Shown piece by piece: positions 1 through 8,377 of a DNA stretch of 40,000 bases. Below the pieces are notes generated by a model that was not told the origin of the DNA, did not search any database, and worked only from the letters and a program-made list of their open reading frames with translations. A program made the translations under genes and the position numbers. The DNA is from Paracoccaceae bacterium (GTDB taxonomy: Bacteria; Pseudomonadota; Alphaproteobacteria; Rhodobacterales; Rhodobacteraceae), in the NCBI GenBank assembly GCA_963669315.1, contig OY770021.1, positions 3,277,467 through 3,317,466 on the forward strand. Direction: 5' to 3'. Position 1 is the first letter of the stretch; each line of letters opens with the position of its first letter.

Positions 1-104
1 GGCGTGTCGGCCTCCTTGGTGATTACCCGATAGTCCCGCCGCGCCCGCGCCAGAGTCGCATCGGACAGTTTGCGGGGTATCCAGACGACGGGTTTTTCGG
101 TCAT
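1..104 (-). CDS. Hypothetical protein, N-terminal fragment (resembles N-termini of D-2-hydroxyacid dehydrogenases); runs off the window
   Basis: Minus-strand ATG at 104-102 preceded by a GGGAGAG Shine-Dalgarno-like run. Translation MTEKPVVWIPRKLSDATLARARRDYRVITKEADT is open to the window edge. Only 34 aa are visible, so the family call is weak. Confidence 0.35.
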   Translation of the reverse strand, partial: MTEKPVVWIPRKLSDATLARARRDYRVITKEADT

Positions 105-128
105 GCCTATCTCTCCCTCAGCGCCTGC

Positions 129-677
129 TCATTCAGCACGTGCGGCCCACTTGTTCAGAAGCCGAGTCGTCCAAGGCAAGAACACGTAGCTGATCAAACC
201 GACATTAACGCAGATGAGCGCAAACGCTCTCAAAGCCTCAGGCGCGCTATCCGGCCAAACGAGGCTCAGAGCTGGCCCCAGCGTCCAACCGAGGACGTTG
301 ATCCAGATGATCAGCGCCACAACCGTTTTCCATTTTTTAGGTGTCGGGTGGGCGCTGGCGAGAACATCAAGCCCGCCAATCCATTCGATGGAAGTGTCAC
401 CCTCCACAACGGCGTTGAGCCGGGCGACGAGTTCTTTGCGGACCGGAGAATCCTCCCAGGCGATCTGACCAGATACGTTGGAGAACGTGACCAGCGATAT
501 GAAGCGGTCATTCGTTTCAGGCCCCGGCTCTATGTTCCTGATGCTTATAAAGCCGGGCTGCTTCTCCAGCGCTGGTGTGAACTCATTGAGAATCTCTTTG
601 AATTCTTCCAGTCGGTCGGCTTGCACGCGTCTGGATATGAAGGCTGTGACCGGCGTATCGTGAGCTGGCTTCGCCAA
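129..677 (-). CDS. ABM (antibiotic-biosynthesis-monooxygenase-like) domain protein with C-terminal transmembrane helices
   Basis: 182-aa ORF. The N-terminal half looks like an ABM/ferredoxin-like fold (VTAFISRRVQADRLEEFKEILNEF...VTFSNVSGQIAWEDSP). The C-terminal half is hydrophobic (WKTVVALIIWINVLGW..., ALICVNVGLISYVFLPW). TTG start at 677 lies 2 nt after the upstream stop and has a GGAGGG SD. There is no internal Met. Confidence 0.65.
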   Translation of the reverse strand: MAKPAHDTPVTAFISRRVQADRLEEFKEILNEFTPALEKQPGFISIRNIEPGPETNDRFISLVTFSNVSGQIAWEDSPVRKELVARLNAVVEGDTSIEWIGGLDVLASAHPTPKKWKTVVALIIWINVLGWTLGPALSLVWPDSAPEALRAFALICVNVGLISYVFLPWTTRLLNKWAARAE

Positions 678-679
678 CG

Positions 680-853
680 CTACCCTCCATTTTCGCCGTT
701 CTTACCCTTGGTGGAGGTGAAGAAGTCATACCCAACCAGCGAGACGGTCAGGCACACGACCGCGATGAGGTCGGGCGAGGGGACATAGATCACGAGAATT
801 GCAACGAATCCTGCGAATGTGGCGAAGGCGAGCAGGGCCATAAGCTTGTTCAT
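680..853 (-). CDS. Small hydrophobic membrane protein (57 aa)
   Basis: ATG at 853 with a GGAGAG SD. Sequence MNKLMALLAFATFAGFVAILVIYVPSPDLIAVVCLTVSLVGYDFF suggests two predicted TM helices. It is wedged between the amidase stop (868) and the next gene start (677). Confidence 0.55.
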   Translation of the reverse strand: MNKLMALLAFATFAGFVAILVIYVPSPDLIAVVCLTVSLVGYDFFTSTKGKNGENGG

Positions 854-867
854 CGTGGTCTCTCCTT

Positions 868-2217
868 TCAGCCCGCGGCGCCGTCCAGCCAGTTGAACAG
901 CCAGTTGGCGGTTCGCAGCAAACGTCCGTCTTCGTTGCGAGCGCCGATAAGTTGCGCGCCCATTGGCAGGCCATTCCCGGCGGTGAATACCGGCAGGGTG
1001 ATCGCGGGAGCTCCAACTAGGGTCCACACACCGTTGAAGATCGAATCGCCGGTGCTTTCAAGCCCTTTGGGCGCAGGGCCGAGCGCCGCCGGGCAGAGTA
1101 TCGCGTCGGCATATTCGAGTATTTTCTCGACCCCGGCATAGAGTACATCGCGCCAGTCGAGGGCAGCGAGATAGTCCTTGGCCGTGATCTCGGCGCCTTC
1201 GAGGATTGCTTCGCGAGTCACCGCGCCGAGCTGATGGGCGTCATCGCGCATATAGCGGTGATAGTTGCGCGCCATCTCGGCCAGATTGATCCGTTTGCGC
1301 AGCGCTGCGGCGTCCTCGAATTGTGGTGGCAAGTCGACGTTGAAGCATTGCTCGCCCAAGGCGCCAGCCAACTCCTCTATCGCTTCACGCGTCTCAGCGT
1401 CCGCATCCATCCATCCGGGTGGTTTGACGAAGGCTAAGACGGGTTTGACTGGCGGAGCGGAAGTCGCCGTCTGCAGAAGATGAGGGGCGGGCGTCGGCGT
1501 CGTCGCTTTGTCCGCCGGGTCGTGACCGAATAGCGCCTCGGCTATCAATGCGGCGTCGGCGGGGGAGCGGGAGAAGACGCCAACCGTGTCCAAGTTGGGC
1601 GATTGCGACAGCACGCCGGTGCGCGGGATCGCGCCGAAAGTCGGCTTGAAACCGGTAACGCCGCAAAACGCCGCGGGTCGAATGACCGAACCGCCGGTCT
1701 GAGTGCCGACCGACAGCGGGGCCATGCCCGCCGCCACCGCGGCCGCCGAGCCGGAGGAGGAGCCGCCCGGCGTATGCGCCGGATTATGCGGGTTGCGAGT
1801 TTCGCCTGGGCTGAAGAACGCGAGCTCCGCCGTGACTGTTTTGCCCAGTATCACCGCGCCCGCCTGCTTGAGCCGCTGCACGACATACGCATCCAGCAGC
1901 GGCACGCGGCCCTTGTCCTGAGGCGTGCCGTTCTCGGTCGGGATTTTGGCGGTGTCGATGACGTCCTTGATCGCGACCGGCAGCCCATGCAGAGGCCCCA
2001 GCGGGCGCCCTGTACCCCTATACCGGTCCAGCTCCGCCGCCTGCGCGCGAACGAAATCAGGGTCCCGCCATACAAAGGCCTGCACATCAGGCTCTCGCGC
2101 TTCGATCTGCTCAAGGCAGGCCTCGGCCACGTCCATCGCCGAGCAGACGCCAGAGGCCATCCGCTCTCTGAGTTGCAGAGCGTTCAGGCCGATCAGTGAG
2201 GCGCCAGCGTCTTTCAT
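868..2217 (-). CDS. Amidase-signature (AS) family amidase
   Basis: Carries the GGSSSGSAAAVAAG signature and the upstream K..D motif (PVAIKDVID) typical of GatA-like amidases. ATG at 2217 has a GGGAG SD and lies 1 nt after the permease stop. An alternative ATG at 2229 would add 4 aa. Confidence 0.9.
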   Translation of the reverse strand: MKDAGASLIGLNALQLRERMASGVCSAMDVAEACLEQIEAREPDVQAFVWRDPDFVRAQAAELDRYRGTGRPLGPLHGLPVAIKDVIDTAKIPTENGTPQDKGRVPLLDAYVVQRLKQAGAVILGKTVTAELAFFSPGETRNPHNPAHTPGGSSSGSAAAVAAGMAPLSVGTQTGGSVIRPAAFCGVTGFKPTFGAIPRTGVLSQSPNLDTVGVFSRSPADAALIAEALFGHDPADKATTPTPAPHLLQTATSAPPVKPVLAFVKPPGWMDADAETREAIEELAGALGEQCFNVDLPPQFEDAAALRKRINLAEMARNYHRYMRDDAHQLGAVTREAILEGAEITAKDYLAALDWRDVLYAGVEKILEYADAILCPAALGPAPKGLESTGDSIFNGVWTLVGAPAITLPVFTAGNGLPMGAQLIGARNEDGRLLRTANWLFNWLDGAAG

Positions 2218-2218
2218 C

Positions 2219-3637
2219 TCAACTCCCATACATCAGGTTCGGCAGGTAGAAGACGATGTTCGGGAAAATGTACATCAGCGCCATCGATATGAAGACGCAG
2301 ATCAGGAACGGCATGCAGCCCGCAAAAATCTGCGTCAGCTTGACCTCAGGCGGCGCGATGCCCTTCAGATAATAGGCCGACATCGCCATTGGCGGGGTCA
2401 GGAAGCTGGTCTGGAGGTTCAGCGCTACGAGAATGCCGAAGAACAGCGGGTCGATCTCAAAGAGCGGCAGCAGCGGCAGAAAGATCGGCACGAAGATGAT
2501 GATGATCTCGGACCATTCCAGCGGCCAGCCCAAGAGGAATATGATGACCTGCGCCATCAGCAGGAACATGATCGGCGACATGTCCAGGCCCTGCACGAAT
2601 TCCGAGATCACATGCTCCCCGCCCAGATAGGAGAAGACAGAGGAGAAGGTGTAGGACCCGACGAACAGCCAGCACACCATCGCTGTCGTGCGCGCGGTCA
2701 GATAGACGCTTTCTCTTAGGCGTTGCCATTTCATCGCTCGATATGCGATCGCCAGCACGATGCCTCCCAGCGCGCCGATCGAGGCCGCCTCGGTTGGGGT
2801 GGCGAGGCCGAACAGGATCGACCCCAGAACCGCGAGGATCAGGAAGGCGAGGGGCAGGAACGAGGTCAGGATCATGAACAACAGCTTGATCCCCGGCACG
2901 TCGGGCACTTCATCCTCGGACGGGCGCGGCGCGGCGGAGGGTTGCAGGATCGATCGGCCGGTCACATAGACCAGATAGAGGCCCACCAACGTGAAGCCGG
3001 GCAGCAGCGCGGCGGCGTAAAGCCGGACAATCGAGACGTTGGAGGCCGCCGCATAGACGATCAGCATGATCGAGGGCGGGATCAGAATGCCCAACGTGCC
3101 GCCTGCGCAGATGATGCCCGAGGCGAAGGACTTGTCATAGCGCGCCTTCAGCATGGCGGGCAGCGCCAGAAGCCCCATCAAAGTGACCACGGCGCCGACA
3201 ATGCCGGTAGCGGTGGCGAACAGCGCGCAGGTGATCAGCGCCGCGACGCCCATGGAACCGGGGACGTTCTTTGACGCTATGTTGAGCGTGCTGAACAGGC
3301 GGTCGACGATATTCGCGCGTTCGACGATATAGCCCATGAACAGGAACAGCGGGACGGCTGTCAGCACCTCATTCGACATCACGGTGTAGGTCTGGTTGAT
3401 GAACAGGTCGAATATTCGGTTATTCAACAATCCTTCGGCATAAGTTGACGCGCTGTCCCACCAGCCAGCGTCCTCCTCTAACCTGTTGAAGGCGCGCCAT
3501 TGACGACGCTCGTCAAAATAGGCGTAGTAGCCAAAGCCGATGCCCATCGCCATCAGCGTGAAGGCGATCGGGAAACCCAGGAACACCATCACGATAAAGA
3601 GGCCCAGCATCAGCAGGGCGACTTGCGGGTCGGTCAT
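2219..3637 (-). CDS. TRAP transporter large permease subunit (DctM family)
   Basis: 472-aa polytopic membrane protein with DctM-like sequence throughout. ATG at 3637 overlaps the DctQ stop as ATGA. The 28 Arg/Gly-rich codons upstream in the ORF track are treated as non-coding. Confidence 0.9.
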   Translation of the reverse strand: MTDPQVALLMLGLFIVMVFLGFPIAFTLMAMGIGFGYYAYFDERRQWRAFNRLEEDAGWWDSASTYAEGLLNNRIFDLFINQTYTVMSNEVLTAVPLFLFMGYIVERANIVDRLFSTLNIASKNVPGSMGVAALITCALFATATGIVGAVVTLMGLLALPAMLKARYDKSFASGIICAGGTLGILIPPSIMLIVYAAASNVSIVRLYAAALLPGFTLVGLYLVYVTGRSILQPSAAPRPSEDEVPDVPGIKLLFMILTSFLPLAFLILAVLGSILFGLATPTEAASIGALGGIVLAIAYRAMKWQRLRESVYLTARTTAMVCWLFVGSYTFSSVFSYLGGEHVISEFVQGLDMSPIMFLLMAQVIIFLLGWPLEWSEIIIIFVPIFLPLLPLFEIDPLFFGILVALNLQTSFLTPPMAMSAYYLKGIAPPEVKLTQIFAGCMPFLICVFISMALMYIFPNIVFYLPNLMYGS

Positions 3638-4218
3638 GGGTGGGCGTCCTTTTCGGCCTCGGCGTGTTGCGCCATCAGGAGGTCTTCGGTTTCGAACACA
3701 TCTTCTTCCGCCTCCAGCCATTCATTGGTGCGCATGCAGTGAATACAGCGCATCACCTGTGCGATCCCTTGAATGAACAGCAATACCCCCGCGACCACGA
3801 TGACGGTCTTGAATTGGAAGACCGGCACTCCGGCGGGGCTGTTGACCGACACTTCGCCGTAGCGCCAGGATCGCTCTGCGTATTTCCAGCCTGAGACAAT
3901 CATCGCGGAGACGCCGGGGAAGAAGAAAAGGAAGTATAGGACCAGGTCGATCTTCGCCTGATTTTTGGGTTGCCACAGGCGATAGAGAAAATCGCCGCGC
4001 ACATGCCCGCCGCGCGACAGGGTGTAGGCGCCAGCCATCATGAAAAGCGTGCCGTAAAGGATGAATGACACGTCCAGCGCCCACGCCGTCGGGCTGTTCA
4101 AAACGTATCGGACGAAAACCTCGTAACCGGTTCCTGCCGCCATCAGAATTATCAGCCAGGCGAAGGCCTTACCGAACCACGCGGACAATGCGTCGGCGAA
4201 GCGGATGAACTTGATCAT
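3634..4218 (-). CDS. TRAP transporter small permease subunit (DctQ family)
   Basis: About 194 aa with four hydrophobic segments, positioned between the P and M subunits. ATG at 4218 (MIKFIRFADALS...) has a G-rich SD. The track start at 4230 is a TTG. Confidence 0.85.
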   Translation of the reverse strand: MIKFIRFADALSAWFGKAFAWLIILMAAGTGYEVFVRYVLNSPTAWALDVSFILYGTLFMMAGAYTLSRGGHVRGDFLYRLWQPKNQAKIDLVLYFLFFFPGVSAMIVSGWKYAERSWRYGEVSVNSPAGVPVFQFKTVIVVAGVLLFIQGIAQVMRCIHCMRTNEWLEAEEDVFETEDLLMAQHAEAEKDAHP

Positions 4219-4294
4219 ACGCGCCCCCAATATAAGACAAATCGACCCCAGCGGCGGCGGCCGCTGGGATCCTTAATAGCATGTCGTCTTCGAC

Positions 4295-5425
4295 TCAGAG
4301 ATTCAGTTTGCCCGGGAAATAGTGGTTAAAGGCAAGCGTGTAGTCCGGAGCGTTCATGATTTCATAATACGTGACCTGCTCGGTCCACGCGCGCTGGCTG
4401 TCCATGCAGCGCTTCATGAATTCGTCCTTCTCCAACTCTGGAATCAACTGATCCCAGGCTTTCAACTGAGCATCGAGGATATCCTGCGACGTGCGGTGAA
4501 CAGCGACGCCAGCCTCCTCTTGCAGCCACTTCAGATCGGCCGAGTAACGCCGCATCGCCTTCGCGGTGTTCGCGGTCGAGACCGCCTCGACGCCGTATTT
4601 CAGGATCGCCTGCAGATCGAGTTCAAGATCATCCATGAAGTCCTTGTTGAACATGAACTCAAAGCTTTCGGATGCCTGATGGTACGAGGACAGGTAGTAG
4701 TTCTTCGCCACGTCATGCGCGCCGAAATCCTTATCCGAAGACGGGTTGTTGAACTCGAACGCGTCGATCACGCCGCGCTCCATCGCCGGAACGATCTCAC
4801 CGCCCGGAAGCTGCGCGACCGACATGCCCATGGATTGCAACAGGTCAGCGGCCAGACCGACGGTCCGGTATTTGAAGCCTTCCAGCTCGGACGCCTTGTT
4901 CACTTCGCCTTTGAACCAACCAAAGGGCTGCGCGAACATCGGGAAGCCCATATAGCCGTAAATATTGAGGCCCATGATGTCCTGGGTCAGCTCGCGATAG
5001 AGCTCAGCTCCGCCACCTTCATAGAACCATGAAAGCATCGTGGTCGCCGATCCGCCCCAGACCGGGCCGGTGCCGAAGAGGGACGCTGCCTTGTTCTTGC
5101 CGTACCAGTAGACCGGAACAGTGTGCGCCGCGTCGAGGACGCCGTCATTACAGGCGTCCATTACCTGAAATGCGCCGACGACCGCGCCCGCAGGCAGCAC
5201 GTCGACCTGAAGGCGGCCGCCCGACATCTCGCCGACACGCGTCGCGTAGTCCTTGGCAAATTCATCCCAGATGTTCGATGCGGACCATGAGGTCTGCATT
5301 TTCACCACGAGCGGGGACTGGGCGAGCACAGCGGGCGCGGCGAGCGCTCCGCCAGCGGCGGCCGCGCTGCCTGCGACAGCGGACTTGGTCAAAAACGACC
5401 GGCGATTTAGATTTTTCGATGACAT
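4295..5425 (-). CDS. TRAP transporter substrate-binding protein (DctP family) with Tat-type signal peptide
   Basis: 376 aa. The N-terminus NRRSFLTKSAVAGSAAAAGGALAAPAVLAQ is a twin-arginine signal. The body resembles periplasmic receptors of the mannitol/chloroaromatic-type TRAP family. GGGAGG SD upstream of ATG 5425. Confidence 0.85.
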   Translation of the reverse strand: MSSKNLNRRSFLTKSAVAGSAAAAGGALAAPAVLAQSPLVVKMQTSWSASNIWDEFAKDYATRVGEMSGGRLQVDVLPAGAVVGAFQVMDACNDGVLDAAHTVPVYWYGKNKAASLFGTGPVWGGSATTMLSWFYEGGGAELYRELTQDIMGLNIYGYMGFPMFAQPFGWFKGEVNKASELEGFKYRTVGLAADLLQSMGMSVAQLPGGEIVPAMERGVIDAFEFNNPSSDKDFGAHDVAKNYYLSSYHQASESFEFMFNKDFMDDLELDLQAILKYGVEAVSTANTAKAMRRYSADLKWLQEEAGVAVHRTSQDILDAQLKAWDQLIPELEKDEFMKRCMDSQRAWTEQVTYYEIMNAPDYTLAFNHYFPGKLNL

Positions 5426-5547
5426 TGAGGCACCTCCCTATGTGACTTGGCGTTTTCGCCAATTGGAAACCATTTAAACGGCTCCATATTCATCCGTAGC
5501 GCGCGCCCGGACTCTGTCCATAATTCAAGTCATTTTCGGGATCAGAG

Positions 5548-5562
5548 TTCCACTCTGTGGAA
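5548..5562. promoter_or_regulatory. Perfect inverted repeat TTCCAC-TCT-GTGGAA upstream of the TRAP operon (candidate operator)
   Basis: Read directly in the 530-bp intergenic region, about 120 bp upstream of the dctP-like start codon on the minus strand. Confidence 0.25.
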
Positions 5563-5955
5563 TCGGGACCGCTTAAGCAGTATCGCACACTTTGCATTTT
5601 CGCGTCCGGGGGTGGGATTCTCGCGGTTGTCGGCCCTCTCGCCGCAGCGGTTCGCTAGAGGCTCAGAATGCCTGAAACGGGGTGGATCAGCCCAGGTCTG
5701 AGAATAATCTCTGCGCCGATTCTCGCTGCGAACAGCCGATTTACCCCCATAGCGAGAGCGGCCGATTCGCCATCAAACCCCCACGCGCATGCGGCGTTCC
5801 GCCGCGCCTGTTGGTCATTTTTCCTGAACTTCCGTTAAGCGCCTGTTCATATAGGCTTTCTGGAACGTTTGTCGCGAATCATGCGTAACTCGATGGCCGC
5901 ATTAACTTTTTTGTCGGGTGAACTGTTTCGCGCCGCCAAATAGAACTTTCTCACC

Positions 5956-6702
5956 ATGCAAGACTCGAACTCAGGCCCCCCCCCGAGCAATTCTAGCGCA
6001 ATCGACGTTCTGGCGTTTTCGCAGGAAGCGGGCGCCGTGGCGGCGGACCCTGTCGCGTTTCTTAACCGCATCTGCGAAGTTTACGATCTGGATCACGCAA
6101 CATATGCGTCGATCATGCCTGACGGGCAGATCATCGGGTACACCAACTATCCCGAGGAATGGGTCAACTACTACATAGAGAACGAATTCCATACCATTGA
6201 TCCCGTCATTCAAACGGCCGCGAAAAGCATTGTTCCTGTCAATTGGCGCGCGATCGGCAATGACTACAAAGACAGTCTGGTCTTTCAGAAAGCGCGGGAA
6301 TACGGAATCGGATCGGCGGGCCTGAGCATTCCCGTGCGCGGCCCGTACGGAGAATTCGCGGTGTTTAGCGTCACCAAGGATTGCTCGGATGACAAATGGT
6401 CCGAGATGGTGGCCAGGTTGATCCGGGACTTTCAATCGATCGCCGTCTATATGCACGACTCTGTGCTGCGTGGTCACGGGCTGTTCAAGCTGTTGAATAA
6501 AAAGCCTCTTTCGAAGCGAGAGGCCGAAGTTCTGCAGTGGTACGCCCGCGGTAAAACGTCGAACGACATCGCCGTTCTGACCGGATTGCGCCCATCGACT
6601 GTCACGGCGTATCTGCAGTCGGCCCGCACAAAACTGAACGCGCTTTCAACGGCGCACGCGGCGGCCAGGGCGATCAGCATGGGCGCGATTGTAACCGACT
6701 GA
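5956..6702 (+). CDS. LuxR-family quorum-sensing transcriptional regulator (autoinducer-binding domain plus HTH)
   Basis: The N-terminal domain has W..Y......DP-type conserved residues (EEWVNYYIENEFHTIDPV). The C-terminal LuxR HTH reads LSKREAEVLQWYARGKTSNDIAVLTGLRPSTVTAYLQSARTKL. Confidence 0.9.
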   Translation: MQDSNSGPPPSNSSAIDVLAFSQEAGAVAADPVAFLNRICEVYDLDHATYASIMPDGQIIGYTNYPEEWVNYYIENEFHTIDPVIQTAAKSIVPVNWRAIGNDYKDSLVFQKAREYGIGSAGLSIPVRGPYGEFAVFSVTKDCSDDKWSEMVARLIRDFQSIAVYMHDSVLRGHGLFKLLNKKPLSKREAEVLQWYARGKTSNDIAVLTGLRPSTVTAYLQSARTKLNALSTAHAAARAISMGAIVTD

Positions 6703-6761
6703 TTCTGGACGGAACGCGCACAAATGCGCCGCCGACAGTATCAGTCCTGCGATTCTCCGAA

Positions 6762-6779
6762 ACCTCTAAAATTCTAGGT
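6762..6779. promoter_or_regulatory. lux-box-like imperfect palindrome ACCTCTAAAATTCTAGGT upstream of the AHL synthase gene
   Basis: 18-bp element with perfect outer arms ACCT...AGGT and about 12 of 18 positions self-complementary. It ends 68 bp upstream of the luxI-type ATG. Confidence 0.3.
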
Positions 6780-6846
6780 ATTCGCGATCGGCGAATTTAC
6801 GGCGAAGCTTGGTCATCGCAAATCGAGAAAGAGGGGAAACCGAACC

Positions 6847-7548
6847 ATGATCTACGTCGTCGATGCCCTGAACTACGCCAAAGCTCCCACCCTGTTGGAT
6901 GAGATGCACAAGCTTCGAGCGCGGGTATTCAAAGACCGGCTCGCTTGGGAGGTGAACGTCGTAAACGACAGGGAGAGAGACTATTTCGATGATCTCAAGC
7001 CTGTTTACCTTCTGCATGTCGACAACGAAGGCCGAGTTCTGGCGACGCTGCGATTGCTGCCGACCACCGGTCCGCACATGCTGTCCGACACTTTCCCGCA
7101 GTTGATGGACGAAGGGGAGCCGATCCGGTCGGCTAACATCTGGGAAAGCTCGCGTTTTTGCGTGGACACTGACATTCTGATTGGCGGCGATGGCCCTCGC
7201 GGGATCGGCAGGATCACCGGCGAGTTGTTATGCGGCGCCTATATGTTCGGCCAGGACGTTGGCCTGACGCATTTCACCTCCGCGTTCGATGTGATCATGC
7301 ATCGGGTTCTGCGGCGCGCCGGCGCAAAGCCGGATCTGGTGGGTAAGAAGAAACTGGTCGGCAAGGTCCATGCGCTGGCCGGATTGTTCGAAATCTCGCC
7401 CGAAACCATAGCGGATATTCGCGGACGTTGCGCCGTCGAAGGCCCGGTCTTGTCCTCGCCCGCTGCACTGATCGAGGCGGAGGCCGCGGCTGCGGCGCGC
7501 GTATCCAAACCGGTCGAAGAAGTTGCGCGTGTTCTGGAGCTGGCGTGA
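6847..7548 (+). CDS. Acyl-homoserine-lactone synthase (LuxI family)
   Basis: Motifs LRARVFKDRLAWEV, YLLHVDNEGRVLATLRLLPTTGPHML and WESSRFCVD are typical of LuxI-type synthases. It carries an Ala-rich C-terminal extension of about 30 aa. Confidence 0.9.
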   Translation: MIYVVDALNYAKAPTLLDEMHKLRARVFKDRLAWEVNVVNDRERDYFDDLKPVYLLHVDNEGRVLATLRLLPTTGPHMLSDTFPQLMDEGEPIRSANIWESSRFCVDTDILIGGDGPRGIGRITGELLCGAYMFGQDVGLTHFTSAFDVIMHRVLRRAGAKPDLVGKKKLVGKVHALAGLFEISPETIADIRGRCAVEGPVLSSPAALIEAEAAAAARVSKPVEEVARVLELA

Positions 7549-7817
7549 TGTGCGCGACGGATGCCGAGCGCTCAGTCGAGATGAATGTGACCGAGTGCGA
7601 GTTTGAGATTGTCTCGGCGTTGCGCGAAATCCGTGACAAGGAAGTTTCGCAGATGATCGGCGAACTGATCCATGTGCTTTCAATCAGTCACGTGGCCAAG
7701 GTCATCGAAGTCAGGCGAAGTTCCTCCGGACTGACTCTCGCGGGGGGAACCGAGGCCTCCCTTAGCGAGATCAGGCGAGAAGCGGCCCCCATAGACCTAG
7801 ATCTGGTCGATGCATAG
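7548..7817 (+). CDS. Hypothetical small acidic protein (89 aa) translationally coupled to the AHL synthase
   Basis: ATG at 7548 shares its A with the luxI-type TGA stop (GTGATG). The reading frame is open with reasonable codon usage. No recognisable motif. Confidence 0.4.
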   Translation: MCATDAERSVEMNVTECEFEIVSALREIRDKEVSQMIGELIHVLSISHVAKVIEVRRSSSGLTLAGGTEASLSEIRREAAPIDLDLVDA

Positions 7818-7867
7818 CCCCCAGCTGCAAGGGGACCGCGAGCGGGTCGGCATTACAGCCGGCCCGT

Positions 7868-8302
7868 TCAATTTCTCTGGTCAGCAGCTGACGAGATAAG
7901 TCGTTTCGGCGAATTCTTCGACCCGGCCAGCTCATCCAGGATTGGGCAATCGGGCCGCGCATCGCCATGACAGGCCTCTACCAGATGCGACAGGACGCTT
8001 CGCATTTCTCTTAGTTCTTCGATCTTCGCGTCAATCTCCGCCAGATGGGTTCGGGCGAGTCGTTTAACGTCCGCGCTGGCGCGCGCCGAATCTTCATATA
8101 AGGACAGCAGCGCGCGGCAGTCTTCGATGGAGAACCCCAGCCCTCGCGCGCGTGCGATGAAGCGCAGCATATGCGCATCGCGGTCGCGATAGGCGCGATA
8201 CCCATTCGCTGCGCGGGGCGGGATGACGAGGCCGATCTCCTCATAATAGCGGATTGTTTTGGCGGGCAGGCCGCTGGTTGTGGCCACGTCTCCGATATTC
8301 AC
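7868..8302 (-). CDS. cueR: Cu(I)-responsive MerR-family regulator (CueR/HmrR type)
   Basis: MerR HTH MNIGDVATTSGLPAKTIRYYEEIGL and a C-terminal metal loop CHGDARPDCP. GTG start at 8302 with an AAGGAG SD. Divergent from a copper ATPase. Confidence 0.9.
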   Translation of the reverse strand: MNIGDVATTSGLPAKTIRYYEEIGLVIPPRAANGYRAYRDRDAHMLRFIARARGLGFSIEDCRALLSLYEDSARASADVKRLARTHLAEIDAKIEELREMRSVLSHLVEACHGDARPDCPILDELAGSKNSPKRLISSAADQRN

Positions 8303-8321
8303 GATATGGCTCCTTTCGGGC

Positions 8322-8354
8322 TTGACCTTCCGGTCGCTGGAAGCCCCATCTGAT
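8322..8354 (+). promoter_or_regulatory. MerR-type promoter/operator of the copper ATPase
   Basis: -35 TTGACC (8322-8327) overlaps the inverted repeat CTTCC-N7-GGAAG (8327-8343). A -10-like CATCTGAT follows after a long spacer of about 19 bp, the hallmark of CueR-controlled promoters. Confidence 0.6.
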
Positions 8355-8377
8355 CCTCAGATGGGGAGATACGGCGC

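Noticed and set aside
1925-2719. 264-aa plus-strand ORF spanning the amidase/DctM junction, and 2723-3274, 4322-5032 on the plus strand
   Set aside because: They are antisense to well-supported TRAP and amidase genes. They are highly charged, Arg/His/Asp/Gln-rich and of low complexity.
5791-5824. GCGGCG-TTC-CGCCGC hairpin followed by a distant T-run as a terminator or sRNA end upstream of luxR
   Set aside because: The stem is only 6 bp with a 3-nt loop, and the T-run starts about 12 nt after the stem. This is not a convincing intrinsic terminator.
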